This document shows positions 39,556 to 48,432 of a DNA stretch of 64,000 bases, in pieces (positions within the stretch are counted from its first letter, which is position 1; each line of letters starts with the position of its first letter). The stretch covers positions 258,723-322,722 of the forward strand of contig DAIUCD010000001.1 in NCBI GenBank assembly GCA_036846345.1, in the 5' to 3' direction. Below the pieces are notes generated by a model. That model was not told the DNA's origin. It did no database searches and worked only from the letters and a program-made list of their open reading frames with translations. This DNA comes from Spirochaetota bacterium (GTDB lineage: Bacteria > Spirochaetota > UBA4802 > JAGODF01). A program made the translations under genes and the position numbers.

Positions 39556-40214
39556 ACTTCACGCAGTATCTCATAGCTCTGATTGAGCTTTTTCATGGGA
39601 GTTTCGTCCCCGCCATTGATATCCGGATGATATTGTCGGGCCAGCTGATAGTACTTCCTCCGAATGATCTTAATGCCGGGATTGGTCAAGCCAAAAAATT
39701 GCAGAGCCTCTTCAACCTCGCCTCTTCTGAATATATAGAATTTGATCCCGTTGTATATTTTTTGCAGGGAATCATCATCACCGTATTGAATGTTTTCAGG
39801 GTTGAGATAAAACTCCTCAAGAGGGTCATAAACCATGGTGCGGCGCTGGGGGTGATATTGACGTTCATGAAACCGGCAATAGCACGAGTTGCTGATTTCA
39901 TACGGGCAAAACTCGCCCTTGAGCGGGTGATAATGGCAGCATCGGCCATGGCGGGTACCATTGAGGAGACGTATGCGCATCGGATCTAGGTGCAAGTAAT
40001 AGCCTGCCGGGCCATAGCGCCGTTTTATTTTGTAGAGGGCATGATAAACGGAGAAATGCATCTGATACAGAGCGGGCGGGGAATCCGGATGATAGCTTTC
40101 CGTTTCCTTGATGAATCTCTTGATCAGGACTGTCTCCATAACCGGCGATGAGAGCGTAATGAGGAACTGGAATAGATCCTCTTCGGGAATCGGATACAGA
40201 AGGGGTTCTGTCAT
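39543..40214 (-). CDS. DnaJ-related protein: Cys/His-rich N-region with a C-terminal J domain
   Basis: J-domain with HPD motif (KYYQLARQYHPDINGGDE) at the C-terminus. Cys/His cluster RCCHYHPLKGEFCPYEISNSCYCRFHERQYHP. Confidence 0.7.
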   Translation of the reverse strand: MTEPLLYPIPEEDLFQFLITLSSPVMETVLIKRFIKETESYHPDSPPALYQMHFSVYHALYKIKRRYGPAGYYLHLDPMRIRLLNGTRHGRCCHYHPLKGEFCPYEISNSCYCRFHERQYHPQRRTMVYDPLEEFYLNPENIQYGDDDSLQKIYNGIKFYIFRRGEVEEALQFFGLTNPGIKIIRRKYYQLARQYHPDINGGDETPMKKLNQSYEILREVYRI

Positions 40215-40462
40215 TCCCTGAATGGATCCTTGCGATATTTTTCTTCCTGCCGTTTCTCGTCCTCAATTTCGTCCCTGAAAAGGTATCGATAATCCGTGGA
40301 GAAATCCCCCCTAAACTGTTCTACGGGAACCATGTTCACCTTTTCCTTCCTTGTGATACGAAACATGAAGATCAGAAGGAGAATGAAAATCACTGTAGCG
40401 GTGATCAGGACACCCTTCAGGGTAAACTTGGGTTCTGGTATGTGCGGTTTCATCATAAGCAC
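40211..40462 (-). CDS. small single-pass membrane protein
   Basis: 83 aa with one TM helix. Stop/start overlap with the downstream J-domain gene. Confidence 0.45.
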   Translation of the reverse strand: MLMMKPHIPEPKFTLKGVLITATVIFILLLIFMFRITRKEKVNMVPVEQFRGDFSTDYRYLFRDEIEDEKRQEEKYRKDPFRE

Positions 40463-40640
40463 TGGTTTTAAGGGCTGATAGTTGTTTGACAGCTTGTTTC
40501 TAATGTACTGCTTTTATAATTTAATCCAAACCACAACAGGAATCAATGTCAATTTTAAAAAATTGATTTCCCTAGTGCAAATCGATTGACAGAGATTATA
40601 TTATATAATAGGATTATAGCGTTCCAGGGAGGGAATTGCC

Positions 40641-41357
40641 ATGAAGATTAATACGGATGTTACGGAGATCATCCGGGGCCGATTCCGTCAAACATCCATT
40701 ATACCATCACCGCGGCCAGTAGCGGGAGAAGGCCAGAGGATTGTATCATTACAGGGGAATACGGCAGCTAGAATTGCCGGTCATCTCAGCAGGGAAAAGA
40801 GCCTGGGAGATGCGCTGGCGATTGCCCAGACAGCCAGAAGCCTTATTCAGAAAGCGATGGTACTATCTTCGCAGTTGCGGAATATCGCGGCGGAAGCCAT
40901 GGTTACCGGAAAAACCGATTACAGGGAACTGAATACCACCATGTCGGAAATCAGGGGTTCCCTTATGGCATCGGAAGCGGGAGGGGATATAGCTGTGATA
41001 AACCCGGTCATCGCCGGAGGCGGGCAGGCATCGAGAAAAATTCCTCTTCCTTCGAAGGAGCTTTTAGATCTGAATAGAATTGGATCGGAGATGGAGAGGG
41101 GTATTCCCGTGAGGGGTGATGTCCTAAAACCGCTGGAAGCGGCCCTTGAGAGGAAACGGGAAAGTGCGGATAAGGTGTTGGCCTCACTCATAGAACCGGC
41201 TCAGGAAATGGTCGGATTGTATTCCCGTGAGGGAGGAAACATTAACGCAGGGACCACTCTCAGAAATCTGGTGAACGAAATTCCTGCAAGGGATGCTTCA
41301 GCGATCAGGGTTCAGGGCAATATTCTCCATGAAAGGGCAAGACATCTGATCTCCTGA
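40641..41357 (+). CDS. hypothetical protein with flagellin-like helical segments
   Basis: GDALAIAQTARSLIQKAMVLSSQLRNIAAEAMVTGKTDYRELNTTMSEI follows the flagellin D1 helix pattern (QDGISLIQTAEGAL...LQRVRELVVQAGNTG...). RBS GGGAGGGAA. Confidence 0.5.
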   Translation: MKINTDVTEIIRGRFRQTSIIPSPRPVAGEGQRIVSLQGNTAARIAGHLSREKSLGDALAIAQTARSLIQKAMVLSSQLRNIAAEAMVTGKTDYRELNTTMSEIRGSLMASEAGGDIAVINPVIAGGGQASRKIPLPSKELLDLNRIGSEMERGIPVRGDVLKPLEAALERKRESADKVLASLIEPAQEMVGLYSREGGNINAGTTLRNLVNEIPARDASAIRVQGNILHERARHLIS

Positions 41358-41394
41358 TCTGGAATATAATCAATCTGTTTGAGGAACAGCGACT

Positions 41395-41799
41395 ATGGAA
41401 GTGTTTGACGGCTTTATAGCTGCCATTGCGGCGGAGTTCAGGATCCGGTTTCATAAGGATTCAGAAGGGGCTTACACAACGAATATTGAGTTTGATAATA
41501 ACCGCTCTCAGGAGGTTTTGATTACTCTGGCCAAGGATGAAGCGGGAGATAGAATTATCAACTATTACTCCATCGTGGCCAAGCTGAAGGGAGATTTTTA
41601 TGAGGTTTATAAATATGCCCTTCAATTGAATACGACTCTCAACTATGGTGCTCTGGGGCTTCTGAACGATACCCTCGTTTTAAGAAATTCGATTCTGCTT
41701 CAGGATTGCGATCCCCGGCGTTTTATGAAAACCCTGACTTACATCGCCGCAAAGGCGGATGAGTTCGAGGAGATGTTTATCAAAAAGAATATCTATTGA
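41395..41799 (+). CDS. T3SS-chaperone-like protein (CesT/SycE / YbjN fold, tentative)
   Basis: 134-aa acidic protein. Composition and size resemble class I T3SS chaperones / YbjN family. Lies immediately downstream of the flagellin-like gene. Confidence 0.45.
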   Translation: MEVFDGFIAAIAAEFRIRFHKDSEGAYTTNIEFDNNRSQEVLITLAKDEAGDRIINYYSIVAKLKGDFYEVYKYALQLNTTLNYGALGLLNDTLVLRNSILLQDCDPRRFMKTLTYIAAKADEFEEMFIKKNIY

Positions 41800-41809
41800 G
41801 AATAGGGGC

Positions 41810-42343
41810 TTATATCTGATTGAGCCGGTTTTCGATGATTTTTGATAAATCCAACAGAAGAGGAAAGGTCTTTACATTATCGACGAACATGATGACCGCA
41901 ATGTTGTTACGGATAAAAAGAATAACACGGTCTTTATTGAAATCTGAAAATTCGCGGATTTTTCTGATTTCATTTTTTGCGGAACTGGAATCATTGTAGA
42001 CGATGATATAACAGACAATGTCGTCGTTATAGGGTTTGCTCTTTTTGGCCAATATGGTTGAATAAAGGGCGCGAATTCTGCTGTAGTCACCACTGGGATA
42101 GATCAAACCTGTCAGTCTTTTAATGGCGGCTCTGTCCATGAGCCAGGGGTTATTTTTCAGAGTTTTCCTGGCAAAGTCCGGAATTTTTCCATAGATATAT
42201 CCAGCAGGAATGTCCTTCTCTGAGAGCTTTATTTTATCGATGACATCTGCCTTGAAGTCAGCTGCTCGAGCCGCCGTGATCAGGATAAATAGCAGAAAAA
42301 AGATGGATGTGTATAATTTACTTTTCATGGAATGAACCTTCAA
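41810..42343 (-). CDS. hypothetical secreted protein
   Basis: 177 aa with signal peptide KLYTSIFFLLFILITAARA. Confidence 0.5.
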   Translation of the reverse strand: MKVHSMKSKLYTSIFFLLFILITAARAADFKADVIDKIKLSEKDIPAGYIYGKIPDFARKTLKNNPWLMDRAAIKRLTGLIYPSGDYSRIRALYSTILAKKSKPYNDDIVCYIIVYNDSSSAKNEIRKIREFSDFNKDRVILFIRNNIAVIMFVDNVKTFPLLLDLSKIIENRLNQI

Positions 42344-42422
42344 ATGGATTGCATTTTATCCTTGATATTATCGGAATCGATTGGGAAAAAGATAATTTTT
42401 TTTAGCGACATAATATTTTTTA

Positions 42423-42450
42423 TTGACTAGAGACGTTTGTTGCCTATAAT
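42423..42450 (+). promoter_or_regulatory. near-consensus sigma70 promoter (TTGACT-16-TATAAT) for the nrdD operon, giving a ~235-nt leader
   Basis: TTGACT at 42423-42428 and TATAAT at 42445-42450. The nrdD ATG is at 42692. Confidence 0.45.
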
Positions 42451-42691
42451 AAAGCAAAATACCAAAAAGCAAACCCTAGATCTCATACTTGCTGCTCAAC
42501 AGGAATGAAATGGTTTCCTGCACTACTGTTGGGAGAGGAGCAAGCTGTTTTGGAACAGAGTGTATCAGATTGCCTGAATGTGCAGCTTGCCTCATTAAGT
42601 ATGTTATTATACTCGTGAATTCTGCCCGTCAGATCCCCCCTCGCCCGGGAGGAGCTGATGCTTTAATAAAATAACCAATCGGGAGTCCGGC

Positions 42692-44773
42692 ATGGAAGAG
42701 AACAATACGTCCATCAGATACATCCGCAAGCGGGATGGGCGTATCGTACCCTTCAATGAGGAAAAGATTACCGACGCTGTCTTCAAGGCTGCCCGGGCCA
42801 TGGGGGGGAGCGATAGAAATGCAGCGGATGCGGTTACAAAATCCGTTGTAAGCATCCTGGACCTTCTTTACAAAGATGACCGTATTCCCACTGTGGAGAA
42901 TGTTCAGGACCTCGTTGAAAAGATGCTCATTGAGAAAGGGCATGCTAAGGTCGCCAAAGCCTATATCCTTTATCGGGAACAGCATAGAAAGATTCGGGAG
43001 GGAAAGAGTCTTCTTGCTGAGGGTATCAAGCTTGTCGAGGATTATCTTGACCGGTCTGACTGGCGGGTCAATGAAAACAGCAACATGAGCTATTCCCTCC
43101 AGGGCCTCAATAATCACATTGCCTCTGCCGTTACGGCCAAGTACTGGTTGGATCATATCTACCCTCCGGAAATGAGAGATGCTCACAGGAACTGTGATTT
43201 TCATATCCATGACTTGGGTCTTCTCTCCGCGTATTGCGTGGGATGGGACATCAAGGATCTGCTGATACAGGGATTCCGGGGAGTGAGCGGGAAAGTGGAG
43301 AGCCGTCCGGCAAAGCATTTTCGGAGTGCCCTGGGGCAGGTGGTGAATTTTTTCTATACCCTTCAGGGAGAGTCCGCAGGAGCTCAGGCATTTGCCAATT
43401 TCGACACCTATCTGGCACCTTTCATCAAATACGACAATCTCACCTACAGCGAGGTCAAGCAGTGCCTGCAGGAGTTTGTCTTCAACATGAACATCCCCAC
43501 CCGCGTGGGTTTTCAGACTCCCTTTACGAATGTAACCCTGGATATGAAGGTTCCCTCCAATATAGCCGATGATTTTGTGATCATCGGGGGAGAAATACGC
43601 GACAGAAAGTACGGTGATTTCCAGGAGGAGCTTAATATATTCAACAGGGCCTTTGCCGAATGCCTGGTTGAGGGGGATGCCCGCCACCGGATCTTCACTT
43701 TTCCCATACCGACCTACAATATCACCCGGGATTTCGAATGGGACAATCCTGCCCTGGACCGGTTATGGGAGATGACAGCCCGGTACGGAATTCCCTACTT
43801 TGCCAATTTCGTCAATTCCGACATGGATCCTGAGGACGCCCGTTCCATGTGCTGCCGTCTTCGCCTTGACAACCGGGAGCTCAGAAGCCGCGGAGGAGGC
43901 CTTTTTGGCGCCAATCCCTTGACGGGAAGTATCGGAGTCATAACCATCAACATGCCCCGTCTGGCTTACAAGACTCGGGGGAATGAAGCTTCCTTTTTTA
44001 GTGAACTGGATTCCCTCATGGACCTGTCCCGGGATTCCCTGGAGATCAAGCGCAAGGTGCTGGAAAATTTTACCACCAACAATCTCTATCCCTATACAAG
44101 GCATTATCTGAAGGACATCTTTAACCGTACGGGAAAATACTGGGTAAACCATTTCTCAACGATCGGGCTGGTGGGCATGAATGAGGCCTGCCTGAATATA
44201 CTGGGTCAGGATATCTCCACAGAAGAGGGTAAAGAATTTTCAGTGAAGGTCCTCCATCATATGAGAGACCGGATACAGGGATATCAGGAGGAGTCGGGGA
44301 ATCTTTACAACCTTGAGGCCACTCCAGCCGAGGGGGTCAGTTACCGCTTTGCCAAACATGACAGGGAGACATTCCCGGACATCCTTACGGCAGGACAGGT
44401 GGAACCTTATTATACCAACTCCATACATCTGCCGGTGGGTTATTCCGATGATATATTTGATGTCCTGAATCATCAGAATGAGCTGCAGGCCCAGTTTACG
44501 GGAGGGACGGTGGTTCACTGCTTCATCGGGGAGAAGATTGATGATCCTCAGATGGTCAAGAAGCTGGTTCGGAAAATTGCCGAGAACTACGTCATCCCCT
44601 ATTTTACAATCACCCCAACCTTCAGCATATGTCCCGTGCACGGTTACATCCCAGGATCCCACAAATATTGTCCTCATGAACATTCGCCGGAGGAACTGGA
44701 AGCATACGGTATTGAGGTGTCTGATCCTGATGCCGATAATATAAAAGAGAAAGACAAGAAGATGGCCATCTAG
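42692..44773 (+). CDS. nrdD: anaerobic ribonucleoside-triphosphate reductase (class III RNR) catalytic polypeptide, ending before the glycyl-radical loop
   Basis: N-terminal ATP-cone (IRYIRKRDGRIVPFNEEKI), NrdD core and a C-terminal Cys/His metal site (CPVH...CPHEH). Terminates at TAG 44771-44773 with no RVxGY glycyl motif. Confidence 0.9.
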   Translation: MEENNTSIRYIRKRDGRIVPFNEEKITDAVFKAARAMGGSDRNAADAVTKSVVSILDLLYKDDRIPTVENVQDLVEKMLIEKGHAKVAKAYILYREQHRKIREGKSLLAEGIKLVEDYLDRSDWRVNENSNMSYSLQGLNNHIASAVTAKYWLDHIYPPEMRDAHRNCDFHIHDLGLLSAYCVGWDIKDLLIQGFRGVSGKVESRPAKHFRSALGQVVNFFYTLQGESAGAQAFANFDTYLAPFIKYDNLTYSEVKQCLQEFVFNMNIPTRVGFQTPFTNVTLDMKVPSNIADDFVIIGGEIRDRKYGDFQEELNIFNRAFAECLVEGDARHRIFTFPIPTYNITRDFEWDNPALDRLWEMTARYGIPYFANFVNSDMDPEDARSMCCRLRLDNRELRSRGGGLFGANPLTGSIGVITINMPRLAYKTRGNEASFFSELDSLMDLSRDSLEIKRKVLENFTTNNLYPYTRHYLKDIFNRTGKYWVNHFSTIGLVGMNEACLNILGQDISTEEGKEFSVKVLHHMRDRIQGYQEESGNLYNLEATPAEGVSYRFAKHDRETFPDILTAGQVEPYYTNSIHLPVGYSDDIFDVLNHQNELQAQFTGGTVVHCFIGEKIDDPQMVKKLVRKIAENYVIPYFTITPTFSICPVHGYIPGSHKYCPHEHSPEELEAYGIEVSDPDADNIKEKDKKMAI

Positions 44774-44803
44774 CAGATTCTTGAGGGCGCAAAGGAGAAA
44801 AAA

Positions 44804-44974
44804 ATGAATAAAGAAAAGAAGATTCCAGTAGAGGTCTATTCCCGAGTAGTCGGATATTTTCGTCCTGTGAACCAGTGGAACAAGGGCAAAAGAGAAGAGT
44901 TTTACGAGAGAAAAACCTTCAAGCTCGAACCAAAAGAAAAAGCCCCTGTCTATGAATATCAAAGGAATTCATAA
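44804..44974 (+). CDS. 56-aa polypeptide carrying the class III RNR glycyl-radical motif (separate ORF or readthrough extension of nrdD)
   Basis: SRVVGYFRPVNQWNKGKREEFYERKTF is the canonical NrdD C-terminal glycyl-radical loop. It has its own AAAGGAG RBS at 44791-44798. It is in the same frame as nrdD, 30 nt past the TAG. Confidence 0.6.
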   Translation: MNKEKKIPVEVYSRVVGYFRPVNQWNKGKREEFYERKTFKLEPKEKAPVYEYQRNS

Positions 44975-45647
44975 AACCTCGCTGATTGATTTTCCCGGCA
45001 AGATAAGCTCTGTTCTTTTTTCCGGTGGCTGCAATCTCAAGTGCCGGTACTGCCATAACCCCGATCTCGTATGCAGAAATTGCGAGCTGAAGGGCTTTTC
45101 CAATGAAGAAGCGATTGGGATTATCCGTAAACGCAAAGGGCTGATAGACGGTGTTTCCCTTTCGGGGGGTGAACCTACCCTTTCCCGGAATCTGGAGAGC
45201 TTCATCCGCTCCGTAAAGCAGATGTCGCTTTCAGTCAAGATTGATACCAACGGCCTGAACCCTTCAGTGATTGAGAATCTTCTCAGTCATGACCTGCTGG
45301 ATTATGTGGCTGTGGACGTGAAAACCTCTCCTGAAAAATATGAACTCCTTACGGAGAGACCGGTCGATTTCTCCCTCATCAAGAGAACTCTCAGCATGCT
45401 GAAGGAGTCCGGAGTCGACTATGAAATCAGGACGACCTGCATACCCTATTACGTTACTCTGGAGGATTTCCAGAGCATTCGTCGGGAGATAGGTTTTGTG
45501 AGAAGGTATTATCTCCAGCAGTTTGTGAACAGGGTCACGATTGACGAAGCCCTCAAGGATTGTGAGCCGTATTCCCTCAAAGTGCTGGAGGGTTTCAAAC
45601 GTTATGTGCTGGGTTTTTCCGAATTGTGCGAGATACGGGGTATCTAA
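44952..45647 (+). CDS. nrdG: anaerobic ribonucleotide reductase activating protein (radical SAM)
   Basis: Radical-SAM cluster motif GGCNLKCRYCHNP and NrdG-like size (231 aa). The start codon lies inside the glycyl-radical ORF. Confidence 0.85.
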   Translation: MNIKGIHKTSLIDFPGKISSVLFSGGCNLKCRYCHNPDLVCRNCELKGFSNEEAIGIIRKRKGLIDGVSLSGGEPTLSRNLESFIRSVKQMSLSVKIDTNGLNPSVIENLLSHDLLDYVAVDVKTSPEKYELLTERPVDFSLIKRTLSMLKESGVDYEIRTTCIPYYVTLEDFQSIRREIGFVRRYYLQQFVNRVTIDEALKDCEPYSLKVLEGFKRYVLGFSELCEIRGI

Positions 45648-45661
45648 TCTGATCGGATGGA

Positions 45662-46861
45662 TTAAGGCTCACCCTTGTCCCGGATGATTCTGAAAATCCT
45701 GCCTGTAACTGCCCTCTTGGCTCTTTTCCCATCTCCCCTCTTCAGGATTGTTTCTATCATTTTCAACTTCTGTTTTGCCCCGCTGTCCGAATGAAGATTG
45801 ACCATCCTTCGGAAATTTTCCACCATCAGCTTCGTAACATCATCCCGGAAGGGGGCCTTTTCCAGCATCCCGGACATCGCCTGGCTGTAATAGTAGATTC
45901 TTTCATCAACATGTTTCTTTTCACGCCGGTATTGTCCGAACCTTATACCTGCCGGAAGGGTCAGGAGAACGAGAAAGAGAACGATCTGCAGCAGGATGTA
46001 GGAGTATTCCTTTCTGGCCAGGAAATAGAGCAGGGTATAACTCTGGCTGAAACCATGATGATACTCGTCAAAATAAACCGTTCCGCCAGGTGAAAGGGAG
46101 AGAAGAAGGCGGTAGATAAAGAGCCCGTTGTCCTCCCTGCGAATATAATGATTGGAAAGGAACAGGGCGTCAGAGATGAGTACTATAGAGCCGCGTCCTG
46201 AGGGCTTGATGAGAGCCAGCGTGCCCTCGGTGTCCTGCAGGAGGACTTGCCAGGGAGAACCCCATTTGACGAAGCGTCTTCGGCTCTTAAGGAAGATCCA
46301 TTTGACTCCTTTCATCAGGCCCCGGGGATCATGGGTGATGCTGGTTCGCTCGAGCTTCACCTCTTTCAGGAATTCCGCCTTGGCGGAGATTTTAAACTTT
46401 GATGTCAGGTTCCGGCGAAGGAGTTCTGCCATCTTCTGCTCCTCCGAGGACGTGATGATGAAATGGAATCCCTCCTGGGCCCGGTTTGAAAGGGCTTCGA
46501 GGTCTTTATGGGTCAGGGGGATTTCAGGCTCAAGGATGAGAACGGTCCCCGGGATCTGACGGGATGTCCCGTCCGATGAGGGGAGGAACTTGACCAGAGG
46601 GCGCAGTATCTTCTCAGTTTTCAAACCCATGCTCTCGATAAATTCTCTGAGGGCCATGGATCCTGTTGAACCGGGATTATAGACGCTCGCGTTGACCTGA
46701 TGCTCCAGTTGTTTTTTTCTTTCAGAGCGTTTTTCCACGGTATAATAGACAGCAAAGAGGATAAGGGAGATGATCATCAGCCGGGCAAACAGGCTGCGAA
46801 TCTGTTTATCGTGAAATAAGGTCAGCAACGCTTGCCAAAATTTTTCTGCAGTCCGATTCAT
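45662..46861 (-). CDS. DUF4350-like membrane-anchored protein (GldG/ABC-auxiliary-like)
   Basis: YFDEYHHG motif typical of DUF4350. Start at the internal ATG with an AAGGAGG RBS. N-terminal TM helix. Confidence 0.6.
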   Translation of the reverse strand: MNRTAEKFWQALLTLFHDKQIRSLFARLMIISLILFAVYYTVEKRSERKKQLEHQVNASVYNPGSTGSMALREFIESMGLKTEKILRPLVKFLPSSDGTSRQIPGTVLILEPEIPLTHKDLEALSNRAQEGFHFIITSSEEQKMAELLRRNLTSKFKISAKAEFLKEVKLERTSITHDPRGLMKGVKWIFLKSRRRFVKWGSPWQVLLQDTEGTLALIKPSGRGSIVLISDALFLSNHYIRREDNGLFIYRLLLSLSPGGTVYFDEYHHGFSQSYTLLYFLARKEYSYILLQIVLFLVLLTLPAGIRFGQYRREKKHVDERIYYYSQAMSGMLEKAPFRDDVTKLMVENFRRMVNLHSDSGAKQKLKMIETILKRGDGKRAKRAVTGRIFRIIRDKGEP

Positions 46862-47513
46862 GAACCTCCTTTTCAAAATAGACTGAACGCTCAGATATCT
46901 GTACAATCTCTCTCAGTGCGTTGTAGTCCTCCCAATGATGCAGCTGTCTCAGGTATTCTCGGTTGGTTATGCTTTTTTCGTACTGCAGGGCTTTGCGGTG
47001 GTTGAAATAGAGCCAGAGGGCGTTGAGAATCAGGGAAATCGCCTCCCTGTAAGACCCCAGGGACATAAGTCGCTCCGCTTCTTTCAGCTCCTTCTCGTAG
47101 TCCAGGGAGTAGATGTCCAGCAGGGCGTTCTTATCGGCAGTGTTCAGGGACGCATCTCGATTCCTCTTCCATCTGCGCATCAGGCGGAAAAGGAGGAAGA
47201 GGACCAGTAGCAGAATGCCGGCGTAAAAAACGAGGGAGAAGTAGGGCGATATTCTGAAAGCCGCTGCGAGGAATTCCCAAAACCTGTTGAGAAGATCGTT
47301 TATCTTTTTAAGTAGCGAATCCGCCTCCGGGGGCAGTTTCTTGTTCCCGTCATCCTCCTGATAGAGATACTTCTGCTGGTTGACAATGGTATCCAGTTTC
47401 TGCCGCACATAAGACCGCTCATTTCCCCTGAGGGGAGATGAGAAAAGCGGCAGGCTGATCAGCAAGAGGGCGATGAGCCGTTTAGCGATGATCTTTTTCC
47501 TGCTGAATATCAT
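46806..47513 (-). CDS. DUF4129-like membrane protein
   Basis: N-terminal hydrophobic region, central TM helix and a DUF4129-like C-terminus. Overlaps both neighbouring genes. Confidence 0.5.
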   Translation of the reverse strand: MIFSRKKIIAKRLIALLLISLPLFSSPLRGNERSYVRQKLDTIVNQQKYLYQEDDGNKKLPPEADSLLKKINDLLNRFWEFLAAAFRISPYFSLVFYAGILLLVLFLLFRLMRRWKRNRDASLNTADKNALLDIYSLDYEKELKEAERLMSLGSYREAISLILNALWLYFNHRKALQYEKSITNREYLRQLHHWEDYNALREIVQISERSVYFEKEVHESDCRKILASVADLISR

Positions 47514-48384
47514 TGATCAGGGCGGTCCCCTCTTTCAGGTTTCTGATATTATAGTACTTCAGCGTCAGAGCGATGTTGAGGATGGGACTCATGAGCAGGA
47601 GAATGATATTGTTCGCGATCACCTGGATGATGAAGAGGTAAGCGTACTTCTGATAAAAGTCCACCATGAAGTTGGGGTCCATCTGCCCCTGATTGCTCAT
47701 AATGCTCTTGAAGAGATTGACGTAGGGAATGATCAGCATGCCGTAGGTAATGATGGAAGAGATGAAGGAATAGGTGAAGAAGTATACCAGCGGTATGACG
47801 AACGTGGACCAGAAATAACCGTTGACCAGGGAAAAACTTCGTCCGATGGCGCCGAAGACCCAGCGATCCTCAAGCATAACCGTCTGGGGGACGAAGGTCA
47901 TGTAAACGGCCAGGATGAAGAAGGGGATGACACAGAAGAAGAAACCGAAGGTCATAAGCATCATGGCGAAAATGGTCGTTAGGAACAGGGGAAAGAGCTT
48001 TTTCAGCGTTGCCACAGCCACATCAACTTCCGTGGTATTGATGCCTTTCAGTTTATCGTCGATGCCCCGTATCACTCCGGCGTTGACGCAGAGATAAAAG
48101 GCGGTATAGACGAGGCTAACGATAAAAACGTAACCCATCATTTCCAAGAGACCGGCAGCTCCCTGCTGGGACATGGATGCGGGGTCCATGTTCTTGAACA
48201 ATTCCGTATAGAGGTCGATCAGCCGGTAGGTAGTGAGCACCATCAGGATGATGGCGGGAACGAAAAAATAGCTGAGAATTTTTATAAAGAAGAGAAAATG
48301 CTTTTTATATAGAGCCAGCGTTTGATTGATGATGTCGTCAAATTTCATTTCCTTAATGAGATTTAGTTCCTGATCCATGATCAA
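47482..48384 (-). CDS. polytopic integral membrane protein (about 6-7 TM helices)
   Basis: 300 aa, highly hydrophobic, same operon as DUF4129 and DUF4350. Confidence 0.6.
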   Translation of the reverse strand: MIMDQELNLIKEMKFDDIINQTLALYKKHFLFFIKILSYFFVPAIILMVLTTYRLIDLYTELFKNMDPASMSQQGAAGLLEMMGYVFIVSLVYTAFYLCVNAGVIRGIDDKLKGINTTEVDVAVATLKKLFPLFLTTIFAMMLMTFGFFFCVIPFFILAVYMTFVPQTVMLEDRWVFGAIGRSFSLVNGYFWSTFVIPLVYFFTYSFISSIITYGMLIIPYVNLFKSIMSNQGQMDPNFMVDFYQKYAYLFIIQVIANNIILLLMSPILNIALTLKYYNIRNLKEGTALINDIQQEKDHR

Positions 48385-48432
48385 TGCCCCTACCTGTTCA
48401 TATAGTTTTCGGTCAACGGCGTTCTGCTGTTT

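Noticed and set aside
40586-40609. TTGACA and TATAAT hexamers upstream of the flagellin-like gene
   Set aside because: Both consensus hexamers occur, but only 12 nt apart, which is incompatible with sigma70 spacing. No alternative properly spaced pair was found.
42521-42634. 37-codon uORF (MKWFPALLLGEEQAVLEQSVSDCLNVQLASLSMLLYS) in the nrdD leader
   Set aside because: No usable Shine-Dalgarno (AGGA is directly adjacent to the ATG). It was kept only as a remark inside the leader finding.
42460-42691. Cobalamin riboswitch or NrdR box upstream of nrdD
   Set aside because: I could not find the B12-box (AGYCMGGAGACCKGCC-like) or the conserved riboswitch helices. No 16-bp ACACWATATATWGTGT-type NrdR palindrome is present either. 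The leader is left as an unexplained structured region.
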